DNA of 64,000 bases from assembly GCA_030390025.1 (NCBI GenBank), contig CM059431.1, positions 113,524,001 to 113,588,000 of the forward strand, read 5' to 3'. Each line of letters begins with the position of its first letter. Positions within the stretch are counted from its first letter, which is position 1. This document shows positions 49,795 to 62,784 of this stretch, one piece after another. The notes under the pieces are model-generated. The model was not told the DNA's origin, did no database searches, and worked only from the letters and a program-made list of their open reading frames with translations. The stretch is from Squalus acanthias (Eukaryota). The position numbers and the translations under genes are program-made.

Positions 49795-52590
49795 CTTGGG
49801 ATTACAGAAACATGGCTCCAGGGTGGCCAAGGCTGGGAACTCAACATCCAGGGGTATTCAATATTTAGGAAAGATAGGCAAAAAAGAAAGGGAGGTGGGG
49901 TAGCATTGCTGGTTAGAGAGGGGATTAACACAATTGAAAGGAAGGATATTAGCTCTGATGATGCGGAATTTGTATGGGTAGAACTGAGAAATAACAAGGG
50001 GCAGAAAACGTTAGTGGGAGTGGTATATAGACCTCCAAACAGTAATACGGAGGTTGGGGACGGCATTAAAAGGGAAATTAGAGAAGCATGCAGTAAGGGC
50101 ACAGCAGTCATCATGGCTGACTTTAATTTACATATAGATTGGGCTAACCAAATTAGTAAAAATACTGTGGAGGAGGAATTCCTAGAATGTTTACAGAATG
50201 GTTTTCTGGAACAATATGTCGAGGAACCAACCAGAGATCAGGCCATCTTAGACTGGGTATTATGTAACGAGAAAGGATTAATTAGCAATCTTGTTGTACG
50301 AGGCCCCTTGGGTCAGAGTGATCATAATATGATAGAATTCTTCATTAGGATGGAGAGTGAAGTAGTTGAATCAGATACTAGGGTCCTGAATTTAAATAAA
50401 GGAAACTACGATGGTATGAGGTGCGAATTGGGTAGGATTGATTGGGGAATGTCACTCAAAGGGTTGACGGTGGATAGGCAATGGCAAACATTCAAAGACT
50501 GCATGGATGAACTACAGAATTTGTTCATCCCAGCGTGGAATAAGAATAAAATAAAAAGGGTGACTCAACCGTGGCTAACAAGGGAAATTAGGGATAGCAT
50601 AAGATTCAAGGAGAGGGCATATAAATTGGCCAGAAAAAACAGTAACCCTGAGGATTGGGAGCAGTTTAGGATTCAACAAAGGAGGACAAAGGGATTAATT
50701 AAGAAGGGGAAAATAGAATATGAAAATAAGCTTGCTGGGAACATAAAAACTGACTGTAAGAGCTTTTATAGATATGTGAAGAGAAAAAGATTAGTGAAAT
50801 CAAGTGTAGGTCCCTTGCAGTCAGAAGCGGGGGAAGTTATAATGGGGAACAAAGAAATGGCGGACCAATTAAATGCATATTTTGGTTCTGTCTTCACAAA
50901 GGAGGACACAAATAACCTCCCAGAGATGCTGGAGAACATACGGTCTGATGAAAGGGAGGAACTGAAAGAAATCAGTATTTGCAGGGAAATGGTGTTAGGG
51001 AAATTGACGGGATTGAAGGCCGATCAATCCCCAGGGCCTGATAATCTACATCCTAGGGTACTTAAGGAAGTGGCCCTAGAAATAGTAGATGCATTGCTGA
51101 TCATCTTCCAACATTCGATGGAATCTGAAACTGTACCCACGGATTGGAGGGTAGCTAATGTTACCCCACTATTCAAAAAGGGTGATAGAGAGAAAGTGGG
51201 GAATTACAGACCGGTAAGCCTGACATCGGTAGTGGGGAAAATGCTAGAGTCCATTATAAAGGATGTAATAGCTGAGCACTTGAAAAACAGTGACAGGATC
51301 GGACAAAGTCAACATGGATTTACAAAAGGTAAATCGTGCTTGACTAATCTACTGGAATTTTTTGAGGATGTAACTGGGAAAATAGATAAGGGAGAACCAG
51401 TAGATGTGGTGTATTTGGACTTTCAAAAGGCTTTCGATAAGGTCCCGCATAAGAGATTAGCGTGTAAAGTTAAGGCACATGGGATTGGGGGCAAGGTATT
51501 GACTTGGATAGAGAACTGGTTGGCGGACAGAAAGCAGAGAATAGGAATTAATGGGTCTTTTTCCGAGTGGCAAGCAGTGACTAGTGGGATCGGTCCTTGG
51601 ACCCCAGCTATTCACAATATACATTAATGATCTAGATAAGGGAACTAAATGTAATATCTCCAAGTTTGCAGATGACACAAAGCTGGGTGGGAGTGTGTGC
51701 TCCGAGGAGGATACCGAGAAACTCCAGGATGATTTGGACAGGTTGAGTGAGTGGGCAGAAGCGTGGCAGATGCAATATAACATGGATAAATGCGAGGTTA
51801 TCCACTTTGGTGTCAAAAACAGAAAGGCAGACTATTATCTGAATGGCAATAGATTGGGAGAAGGAGAAGTGCAACGAGACCTGGGTGTCCTTGTGCACCA
51901 GTCGCTGAAGGTAAGCATGCAGGTGCAGCAGGCGGTGAAGAAGGCAAATGGTATGTTGGCCTTCATAGCGAAAGGGTTTGAGTATAGGAACAGGGATGTC
52001 CTGCTGCAGTTGTACAGGGCCTTGGTGAGACCACACCTTGAGTACTGTGTGCAGTTTTGGTCGCCTTATCTGAGGAAGGATGTTCTTGCCATGGAAGGAG
52101 TTCAGCGAAGATTCACAAGGGGTACCTGGGATGGCAGGAATGACATATGAGGAGAGATTGGGTCGATTGGGCTTATACTCGCTGGAGTATAGAAGAATGA
52201 GAGGGGATCTCATCGAAACATATAAAATTCTGACAGGTCTGGACAGACTGGATGCAGGAAGAATGTTCCCGATGGTCAGAGAGTCCAGAACCAGGGGTCA
52301 TAATCTAAGGATAAGGGGTAAGCCATTTAGGACAGAAATGAGGAAGAATTTCTTCACCCAGAGAGTGGTGAACCTGTGGAATTCTCTACCACAGAAGGTA
52401 GTTGAGGCCAAGTCATTAAATATATTCAAGAATGAGTTAGATATATTTCTTAAAGCTAAAGGTATCAAGGGATATGGGGAGAGGGCAGGGACAGGGTACT
52501 GAGTTTGGATGATCAGCCAAAATCTTATTGAATGGCGGAGCAGGCTCGAAGGGCCCAATGGCCTACTCCTGCTCCTATTTCTTATGTTCT
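49795..52590 (+). mobile_element. Nearly complete CR1 ORF2 (AP endonuclease plus RT), frameshifted
   Basis: ITETWL, GVVYRPP, ADFN and SDHN endonuclease motifs followed by RT motifs; small deletions near 51585 and 52120. Confidence 0.95.
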
Positions 52591-54569
52591 TTAGTTTTAA
52601 TGCTTCAGGACCCTCCCCTAGTGCTGTCAGCTCCAAGTCCCCATCCTTTAATGTAATGAAGCAGGTAACTTTAACCCACCTAGCCAGGCTGGAAATTGAC
52701 GGAGTCAGATCGAGTGCCACTTTACTTTGCATTCAAGTAAATGGAAGTGCAGGCTCCTGCCAGAGATACAGCAGGAGTGTGCCAGAACGTCTATATTTTT
52801 GGCCCCAATGAGACAGAATGGAAGACAAACAAAAATAAAGGGAGACAGAGAGATTGGGAGATAAGTAGAGCGACAGTTACAGGAAGAGAGAGGCACATCC
52901 AAATCATTTTGTTCATGTGCAATGCCTCAGGATATGCATTGGAATCTAGTAATGATGCTAATTATAAACAAGATTCCATTCATGCACTTGTGGGATAGCT
53001 CTATAGTCAGAATCTTAAGTGCTGGTTGATACTTCAAGGATGTATGTAAACTGCATCAGTGATAACTAGCTAGAATTGGGTAGGAATAGTTTGGTTTTGG
53101 ACATGTCTCACTCGGGAGGCTGCAGTTGCTGAAATCAATCACTTTTCCCTGGGTTGAGAACGCCCAAGGGAGATATATCATCCTTGTACTGCCTAAGAAC
53201 GATATGGTCCACTGAGAATCAATTACATAACCACAGTACATATCTGGTTCTAATGTGGCCTGAAAAGTATGACTAAGTATATTTAGGCAGTAAAATCCAA
53301 CAGGACAAGAAAATAGCAATAAAAAGTGACACAATGACATCAAGCACTGAGGCACCATCACCCGGTACCACGGACTGGAAGGCTGCAGGTTCAATCCCAC
53401 AGTCCACTTCTTGCTCTCAGGGAGAGAGATGGCAGGCAACGACTGCCATGTCAGTTCACAGGAAGTGAAGAGAAGGGAAGGGGAGGGGGGTTGGTGGGGG
53501 GGCGGTGAGGAGACAGAAAAATCACACGGTGATGTCCTGACTGATTTGTAGCTTATGCCTATTGCCAGCTGACCAAAGGAGGCATTGGTTATCCCTCCTG
53601 GCAGCAGAAACGAAAGACCAGATGGTCATTAGTTTAAATATACATGGGATAATTTATAGTTAGGAAAAAAAATAAAAAAGCAGTGACAATAAGAATGAGA
53701 AATTCACTCCATATTGTTTTCTGCAAGTAGTTGTTGCGAAATCTAACCATTTCAAAACTATGCCATAGCCTGAACAACACAAGAGCTCTTCTTACTCAAA
53801 CAATTGTTACTGGAGATAACTAATGACCACTTCAAAGCTATTTCTGTTGCAAGTCTTGTCTGCATTAAGTAAGTCATTGGCCCATGGGATACAGCCCATT
53901 GTTAGACACAGTACATAGCAAGAAGCTGCAGCCGAAACACATGGAAGCACTTTTACTTCTTTTAATTTTTATAAATAAATCTTTAACTGACATTTCATCG
54001 ACATCTTATCAGAATACATTGTATATTTCATTGTAAAGGAAGCACACTTGAAACAAAAATTGTCAGGAACAGGATATAATGACATTCATCGTCTCTCTGC
54101 ATACGTCATCAAATGAACTTTTTCCAGACACCACCCTGGGAATATGTTGAAAGATCCAATTTAGGGTTAAGAAAAGATTACAGATGATTACTAATTTCCC
54201 ACATGGTATTTCAAATCTGTGCTTAATAGGAGAGTCTAAAACCTTTCGAAATGCTAAATATCAAAAGGTACATTTCATGAGGCTCTGCTCCCAGCCCAGA
54301 ACCTCAGTCAAAAGGACCCATGCAGACCTCCATACCTGATGCTCTCCCAGCAAGTGAGACTTGTGAATAGGACTGAAGCCTCACAAAACTGGTCTAAAAT
54401 GCCACTGTAGATCAATAATTTTTATTCAACAAGAGAGTTTAACTAACAACGAGAACAAATTTTCCATTGTAGTTCCAGCTAATTGTTTGCAGTGGCTAAG
54501 AGTAGTACTGTATTTCTCTTTAGAAGTTTATGATTAGCTGCACTGTTATAGTGGGTACAGCCATTGTTC

Positions 54570-54930
54570 AATGTAACACTAATTGGAAGGTCTCAAGATC
54601 AATTTATGATCTGTGGTGAGTTGGCTGATCTCAGCCAGGACCAGCAGTTGAGGTGCTGCAGTTGGCTTTGGTGTTCGGTGTCCCTGAGCTAAGGAGGAGA
54701 AAAAATCAGCCAGAGTTCCCATTCCATGGATGCTTACTGAGAAGGTGCTCATGTTTGGTTGTGGGGTGAAGAAAGAAACAGATTGTCCAGTGTCTCCAAG
54801 GTCAAACATCTGCTGAAACTCGCTATCAAGGCTCACACATGAATAGCCACTTGAAGGTTCCGGAGGACAGCAGGCACCCGTAGAGCTATGCCCCTGTACG
54901 ATTTAGAACGTTTTGGAGAAGATGTGCGAA
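54570..54930 (+). mobile_element. Old SINE-like repeat (unnamed)
   Basis: gagttggctgatctcagccagg...aaaaatcagccag...aggctcacacatgaa; partial similarity to 25120-25420. Confidence 0.5.
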
Positions 54931-56339
54931 AGTTGGAAAAATTGTATTAATAAATAGAAGTTTCAGTTTGAAGGAATATAAGGGTAATTCTAGTGAGGGT
55001 CCATTCCAGGCGCGGAACCTTGCTAGATTGGAAGGCAGTTCGCAGAATCAGCTCTATAGTGTTAAGTGCTCTATTTGTAACCTGCACTCGCATTAAGCAA
55101 GGCTCTGCACACTGTAGAATGTACCCTAAAGTATCAACCATCATATTTCACAGAGCCATGTTCATTTAGTTAATTTCTACATGCCAGACCAAAAATGTAG
55201 AATTGCATCTTCTTAAAAATGCCCAGTTAGACATTAACGTGGTTCATTGTACTGTGGAGAATATGGTTAGTAGCAACAACAGCTATTCTGCAGGATTTAG
55301 TTGCTATGTTGGTGATGGTTCATTAAAAATTTAATCATTATTCCCTTCTGAATCAATGGTTCCGTGCTAGTATGGACTTTGAAGAAATGCTATAACATAT
55401 TAAAATGATGTTAAGAAAATGTGATTTGTCTATAATGCTGTGGGAAATGATCACTTGCATTTCAGTCTTACTATGCTCTGGCATGCATACATTGTGAGCT
55501 CATAGAGAGCTACTGAATTAAAACTGCTCTAAAAACTGAAGTGTGAATGGTGACATTGGCAAGATATATTAATGATTTAATACCAGCATGCCTTACTTCA
55601 TACAGTCAATGAATCATACACTTCCTTTACATAATTTTTAAGTTTAGTGCTACTTTTCCCACAACAGAAAATACAGTGGATGATTAGGAAATAGTGCCTC
55701 GCTCAACAGAATTCATTATGGGTCTCTAAGTTACTTCTGGTTAAGCCTGATGAATATATCCTGGATCTGGATCAGAGATCTTATTTTTTCAGGAACTGCA
55801 ATAGCTTGGCATAGGCCAAACTCCTCGAACTCCAGGCCATGGCCAAGGTTTCATTTCTTCCACTAGCCTTCCCCCCTAAGATTAAGCTGGTTCGCACCTC
55901 AGCCAGTTTTTTTTTGCCCAGCTGGCTATGTTGTACCTTGTAGATTCACCTCCTATTTGTTCTAAATGTATTATTCCTCTGAAATTCTTGCCTTCATTCT
56001 TGGACTATTGTTATTTCTGTACCAATTTCCTTGATGATCATCCTTTCCCACTAGGGAAGGACATTCTCTGGTACTATCAGTTAGTAATTCTATCTTGAAG
56101 ACTATTGTTCCCTTCTACTGTACTCTCAGACTCTCCTGCGATACTTGCTGACAGTGCCATTTGAGCAGAAAAAGCCCTTTAAGAAATAGCTGTTCTAATT
56201 GTGGTAATTAAATACTTGAAGGGGAAAAAGAGCAGGGGTGTGGGTCTAATCTAATAAGGAGGAGGGATATTGGTCCCTGTTGCTGTTCTGAAGATCGTAC
56301 AACTTCAAGTTTAGGATGATGAAAGGATGCATGAAGCAT

Positions 56340-56950
56340 CCTTGAGTACAAAAGTAGAGAAGTTATGCTGAATCTTTATAAAGCGCTGGTTAGGCCACAA
56401 CTGGAGTATTGTGTCCAGTTCTGGTCACCACACTTTAGGAAGGATGTGAAGGCACTTGAGAGGGTGCAGAGGAGATTTACCAGAATGGTTCCGGGGATGG
56501 GGGATCTTAGTTACAAGGACAGGTTGGAGAAGCTGGATTTGCTTTCATTAGAGCAAAGGAAGTTAAGGGGTGATTTGATAGAGATGGACAAGATTATGAC
56601 GGGTTTGGATAGGCTAGACGGGGAAAGGCTGTTCCCACTAGTTAATGGTACAAGGACTAGGGGACGCAGAATTAAGGTTTTGGGCAAGAGATACAGGGGG
56701 AAAGTGAGGAAAATCTTTTTTACGCAGCGAGTGGTGATGACCTGGAACTCGCTGCCGACGGAAGTGGTGGAAGTGGAGACACTCAATGCTTTCAAGGGGA
56801 GATTGGATAGGCACTTGAGGGAAATAAACTTACAGGGCTACGGGGATAGAGCGGGGAAATTGGACTGACTGGATTGCTCCACAGAGAGCGGCACGGACTC
56901 GATGGGCTGAATGGCCTCCTTCTGTGCCGTTATGACTTTATGACTCTATG
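56340..56950 (+). mobile_element. CR1 LINE 3' fragment
   Basis: ORF 56365-56868 plus 3' UTR and (tatgactc)-type tail. Confidence 0.9.
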
Positions 56951-56956
56951 AAGCAT

Positions 56957-57285
56957 TGAGAGTGATTTTACTCCTACACGCCCGGATGGGTGGGCAATTA
57001 AAATGCCCTGGATTACTTATCGGCCAGGAAGCCGCCTGGATCATGACGTGTCTGATTTTAACCTGTTCTTCTGAGTGGGCAGCAAAGGCACCCACCTGGA
57101 GCCGGCAGGGTCCTTCTTTAAATATGCTAATTGGGGTCCGATGATGTCAATCGGACCCCGAAGGCTTTTTAACTCAGGCCTGAGCGGGGAAGCTGCTGCA
57201 GTTTTCCTTCCAGGCTGATGCAGGTCAGAAGAGGAGCGGGATGTGAAGGGGCCTTGAAAAGTAAGTTTTTAACATTTTTCTTGGG
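56957..57285. mobile_element. Partial MITE (octamer/hairpin family)
   Basis: Homologous to 20006-20400; hairpin at 57133-57159. Confidence 0.6.
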
Positions 57286-57892
57286 GAGAAATGGGGAAGG
57301 GTTAATATGTCTTGTTGATGGATACGAAATATTGTCAATGACAGGTGGGAAACATGTTTATTGGGAAAAAATCACTAAACTGAGGTTTCAAATGACAAAA
57401 AAGCCAAAGAATTTCAGTGAAACAGTTACATTCATCACTGCAAAGAATTACTGATTGAGCATTTCCCACGGTCAGCTAATATAACTGGGTAGCAAATTCA
57501 TAAAGTACTTCAAGATGTTTAGTAGAAATCACTATATAAGGCAGTTTAACGCAAGAATTATTACTTACCAACACACACAATGGTGCAGCGTGAATAACAT
57601 AATTATTATTTTACCTTACAGAAGAATTTTTTTTTATATATTGTACCAGATGTGTGAAATTTGGACCAGTGGTTCACAGGTCTCGCATACCACTATTGGA
57701 GCTATTCCAGAATGCTAATGTGCGTGCCCCAGTTCCTTCACCCAAATTGATTATGACCCACTTTCTTCCCAGCTGCTCTTTCTCTTTTAAGTCAGTTAAT
57801 TCCTCGTCTGCATACATCTGTCCTCCTTCTGGTCTGTTGCTCTCTCCTTCTCAGGACTCTGTTCCTCTTTATTGGTGCTCCTTTCTCCATTC

Positions 57893-58358
57893 TGGTTCAC
57901 CAGACTGATTCCTGGGATGGGGGGATTGTCCTATGAGGAGACTCGGCCTATATTCCCTAGAATTTAGAAGAATGAGAGAGGATCTCATTGAAACATATAA
58001 AATTCTTTACAGGGCTTGACAGGATAGATGCTGGGAGGATGTTTCCCTTGGCTGGGGAGTCTAGAACTAAGGGTCATAGTCTCAGAATAAGGGGTCGGCC
58101 ATTTAGGACTGAGATGAGGAGAAATTTCTTCACTCAAAGGGTTGTGAATCTTTGGAAATCTCTACCCCATAGGGCTGTGGCTGCTTAGTCGTTGAGTATA
58201 TTCAAGATAGGGATCGATAGATTTTTGAATATTAAGGGTATCAAGGGATATGGGGATAGTGCGGGAAGGTGGAGTTGAGGTAGAAGATCAGCCATGATCT
58301 TATTGAAGGCCCAAAGGGCCAAATGGCCTACTCCTGCTCCAATTTCTTATGTTCTTAT
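57893..58358 (+). mobile_element. CR1 LINE 3' fragment
   Basis: Same subfamily as 6722-7137. Confidence 0.9.
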
Positions 58359-58688
58359 GATATCTACTCTGCTTTTCTTCATGGAGTTCCTCTGTATAAA
58401 TGAAGGGATCTAGATTCATAGATTGAATCGCTAACAATATTTGACATCATACAACCTGTGGCCGATTTTCACCCCCACCTCCCCATCGAGTGGGAACAGA
58501 GCAGTAATGGGATGAAACCAGTGGCATGTACCACTCTGTTCCCACCAAGTCCGGGTCACCAAACTTTTGGTTGGGGGCCTTGAAATGGGCAGTTCAGGTG
58601 CCCGCTGGAAACAGTTGTCGGCCTCATTAGTCCATGAATATTAGGGTGCTATGACAACATAGGAACATAGGAGCAGGAGTAAGCCATT

Positions 58689-59980
58689 AACATAGAAACA
58701 TAGAAACATAGAAGATAGGAGCAGGAGTAGGCCATTCGGCCCCTCGAGCCTATTCCGCCATTTAATGAGATCATGGCTGATCATCCAAATTCAGTACCCT
58801 GTCCCTGCTTTCTCCCCATATCCCTTGATCCCTTTAGCCTTAAGAAATATATCTAACTCCTTCTTGAATATATTTAATGAATTGGCCTCAACTGCCTTCT
58901 GTGGTAGAGAATTCCACAGGTTCACCACTCTCTGGGTGAAGAAATTTCTCCTCATCTCAGTCCTAAATGGCTTACCCCTTATCCTTAGACTGTGACCCCT
59001 GGTTCTGGACTCCCCCGCCATCGGGAACATCCTTCCTGCATCTAGTCTGTCTAGTCCTGTTAGAATTTTATAAGTTTCAATGAGATCCCCTCTCATTCTT
59101 CTAAACTCTAGCGAATATAAGCCTAATCGACCCAATCTCTCCTCATACGTCATTCCTGCCATCCCAGGTATCAGTCTGGTGAATCTTCGCTGCTCTCTCT
59201 CCATGGCAAGAACATCCTTCCTCAGATAAGGTGACCAAAACTGCACACAATACTCAAGGTGTGGTTTCACCAAGGCCCTGTACAACTGCAGCAAGACATC
59301 CTTGCTCCTGTACTCGAATTCTCTCGCTATGAAGGCCAACATACCATTTGCCTTCTTAACCGCCTGCTGCACTTGCATGCTTACCTTCAGCGACTGGTGC
59401 ACAAGAACACCCAGGTCTCGTTGCACTTCCCTTTTCCCAATCTATTGCCGTTCAGATAATAATCTGTCTTCCTGTTTTTGCCACCGAAGTGGATAACGTC
59501 GCATTTATCCACATTATACTGCATTTGCCATGCATCTGCCCAATCACCCAACCTGTCCAAATCATACTGGAGTTTCTCTGCATCCTCCTCACAGCACACA
59601 CGCCCACCCAGCTTTGTGTCGTCTGCAAACTTGGAGATATTACATCTAGTTCCCTCGTCTAGATCATTAATATATTTTGTGAATAGCTGGGGTCCTAGCA
59701 CCGATCCCTGCGGTACCCCACTAGTCACTGCCTGCCACTCAGAAAAAGACCCGTTTATTCCAACTCTTTGCTTCCTGTCTGCCAACCAGTTCTCTATCCA
59801 AGACAGTACCTTACCCCCAATCCCATGTGCTTTTACTTTGCACGCTAATCTCTTATGCAGGACCTTATCGAAAGCCTTCTGAAAGTCCAAATACACCACA
59901 TCCACTGGTTCTCCCTTATCTATTCTACCAGTTACATCCTCAAAAAATTCCAGTAGATTAGTCAGGCATGATTTACCTTT
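58689..59980 (-). mobile_element. 5'-truncated CR1 LINE
   Basis: ORFs 59387-59905 and 58791-59426; same subfamily as 49795-52590; (catagaaa)n tail. Confidence 0.93.
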
Positions 59981-60522
59981 TCAACGATTTGTGTACGTAC
60001 ACCCCCAGGTCTCTCTGTTCCTGCACCCCCTTTAAAATTGTACCATTTAGTTCATATTGCCTCTCCTCGTTCTTCCGACCAAAATGTATCACTTCACACT
60101 TCTCTGCGTTAAATTTTATCTGCCACATGTCTGCTCATTTCACCAGTTTATGTTCTCCTGAAGTCTGTCACTATTCACTACTTTTCCAAGCTTTGTGTCA
60201 TCTGCAAACTTTGAAATGATGCCCTGTATACCCAAGTCCCGGTCATTAATATATATCAAAAAGAGCAGTGGTCCCAACACTGACCCCTGGGGAACATCAC
60301 TGCACACTTCACTCCAGTCTGAAAAACAGCCCGTCACTGCTACTCACTGCTTTCTGTCCCTTTGCCAATTTCGTATCCACGCAGCCGCTGCCTCTTTTGT
60401 TCACAAGCCTATTATGTGGTACTTTGTGAAACGCCTTTTGAAAATCCATATACACAACATCAACCGCACTACCCTCATCCTCTGTTACTTCATCAAAGAA
60501 CTCGATCAAGTTAGTCAAACAC

Positions 60523-62209
60523 CACCACCCTCCTCCGCCTGGCTGAACTTGTTCTCACATTGAACAACTTCTCCTTTGACTCCACTCACTTCCTCCAAAT
60601 CAAAGGTGTTGCTATGGGTACCCGCATGGGTCCTAGCTATGCCTGCCTTTTCGTGGGATATGTGGAACACTCTTTGTTCCAGTCCTACTCAGGTCCCCTC
60701 CCTCGCCTCTTTTTCTGGTACATTGATGACTGTATCGGTGCCATTTCCTGCTCTCGCCCTGAACTAGAAAATTTCATTCACTTTGCTTCCAATTTCCACC
60801 CTTCCCTCACCTTCACATGGTCCATCTCCGACTCTTCCTTTCCCTTCCTCGACTTCTCCGTCGCCATCTCTGGGGATAGGTTATTGACTAACATTCACTA
60901 CAAGCCCACTGACTCCCACAGCTACCTGGACTACACTTCCTCCCACCCCACCTCCTGCAAGGACTCTATTCCATTCTCCCAGTTTCTCCGTCTCCGCCGC
61001 ATCTGCTCTGACGATGCCACCTTCCATACCAGTGCTTCCGACATGTCTTCCTTTTTCCTCAACCGAGGATTCCCCTCTACTGTGGTTGACACGGCCCTTG
61101 ACCGTGTCCGTTCTATCTCCCGCACTTCTGCCCTGCCCCTCCCTCCCGGAACCACGATAGAGTTCCCCTTGTCCTCACCTTTCACCCCAGCCAGCCTCCG
61201 CATTCAACGGATCATCCTCCGCCATTTCCGCCACCTCCAGCATGATCCCACCACCAAATGCATCTTCCCCTCACCTCCCCTTTCAGCATTCCGTAGGGAC
61301 CACTCCCTCCGCGATACCCTAGTCCACTCCTCTACCACCCCCAGCACTCCTTCCCCTTCGCCCGGCACCTTCCCGTGCAAGCGCAGGAGATGCAACACAT
61401 GCCCTTATACCTCCCCCCTTCCCACTGTCCAGGGCCCCAAACACCCCTTCCAGGTGAAACAGCGATTTACTTGTACTTCTTGCAATTTGGTATACTGTAT
61501 TCGCTGCTCCTCTAGATTGGGGAGACCAAACGCAGATTGGGTGATCGCTTGCGGAACACCTCCGTTCAGTCCGTAAGGGGGATCCCGAGCTTCCGGTTGC
61601 GTGTCACTTTAATTCACCGCTCCATTCCCACTCAGACCTCACCGTCCTCGGCCTCTTGCATTGTTCCACGGAAGCTCGGCATAAGCTCGAGGAACAGCAC
61701 CTCATCTTTCGATTAGGCACTCTACAGCCCTCTGGACTCGACATAGAGTTCAACAATTTCAGATCATAACCTCGGCCCCTATCACATATATATATTTTTT
61801 ATCCACACTTTTTGTTTGTGTCTTTTTTTATTCCCTCCCACATGGCAGCTGTCCTTCGTTCTGCCAGCACAATTCACACTTCATCTAGAGCCATCCTTTG
61901 TTCCTTAACCTGTTCCATTACCACCTCCTCTTGCCTTGAATATCTCTTAATACCTCTTTACTTCTCCTGCCTTCCATCCTATCACTGACCTTCCCTTTTG
62001 TTCTTTCATCCCCTCCCCCATTTCCCAGCCCCTAAACTTGCTTTAAAATCTGTTCCCTTTCCTGCTTTTTTCCAGTTCTGACGAAAGGTCTTCGACCTGA
62101 AACGTTAACTCTGTTTCTCTCTCACAGATGCTGCCTGGCCTGCTGAGTTTTTCCAGCGTTTTCTGTTGTTATTTCAGATTTCCAGCATCCGCAGTATTTT
62201 GCTATTGTA
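60523..62209 (+). mobile_element. 5'-truncated Penelope-like element (RT plus GIY-YIG endonuclease)
   Basis: GVAMGTRMGPSYA, WYIDD, YKPTD, CKRRRCNTC linker, NLVYCIRC, GETKRRL and frameshifted EHL...VACHFN...EQHLIFRLGTLQPSGL to a stop at 61767-61769; 12-bp TSD ttagtcaaacac (60511-60522, 62210-62221). Confidence 0.93.
62074..62110 (+). ncRNA. Minimal type I hammerhead ribozyme motif in the Penelope 3' terminus
   Basis: AGUU-CUGACGA-A-AGGUC-uuc-GACCU-GAAA-CGUU-AACU, with palindromic AACGUU. Confidence 0.8.
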
Positions 62210-62437
62210 TTAGTCAAACACGATTTGCCTTTAACAAATCTGTGCTGGCTTTCATTAATTAACCCCATACTTTTCCAAGTGCTAGTTAATTTTGTCCCAG
62301 ATTAATGTCTCGAACAGTTTCCCCACTTATGCTGCCCGGCCTGCAGTTGCCGGGTTTAACCCTCTGCCTGTAGAAAGCCTTGGCATTGAGCTTTAGGCAC
62401 TGTCCGTGCCTGGCTCCCAGCCCAGCCCGTCCTTTAC

Positions 62438-62781
62438 CTGGATCCGCTCATTGTGGTCCACCAGGAGGAAGCTGCTGCCAGCCTGGGGCTGGAACAGTGC
62501 CTGGGGCTGGGCCCGCTCCCCCTGCCCCTCCGCTGGCCCGGGCCCGGGCCCGGGTGGGTAGTTCTCCAGCCGGTGTTTGCGCCGGTTGCTGTGGGCGCGG
62601 CGCTGGCAGTCGTTGCGGACGTTGAGTTTGCAGGAGTGACAGCGGGCGGCGGCGGGGAGCGGGCCCGGTCCCAGGCCCGGCCCCCGGGCACTGGTCGCAG
62701 CGCGGGCTGTAGCCGGGGCCCAGGCGACTCCGCTGGTGCTGCTGGAGCCGCGTCTGTCGGTGCAGCTCCCGCCCCTCGAAC
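62438..62781 (-). pseudogene. ZFYVE1: Orphan fragment of a ZFYVE1 (DFCP1)-like N-terminal coding exon
   Basis: ELHRQTRLQQHQRSRLGPGYSPRCDQC, then after a 1-nt frameshift ARCHSCKLNVRNDCQRRAHSNRRKH...SFLLVDHNERIQ followed by CAG|GTAAAG. This parallels human ZFYVE1 as I recall it (ELHRQERLRNHERIRLKPGHVPYCDLC...VRCQTCKINLCLECQKRTHS...SFLLVDENEEIQ). No start codon and no other exons found. Confidence 0.82.
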
Positions 62782-62784
62782 CTT

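Larger units (their letters stand above)
59981..62366 (-). mobile_element. Decayed CR1 RT fragment split by the Penelope element
   Basis: RT motifs at 60140-60518 resume at 62210 (gatttgcctttaacaaatc...tttccccact) and run to ~62366. Confidence 0.8.

Noticed and set aside
4391..59905. Long RT ORFs (419, 391, 573 aa and others) as host genes or a novel RT system
   Set aside because: All are CR1 ORF2 fragments with typical 3' UTRs, truncations and frameshifts.
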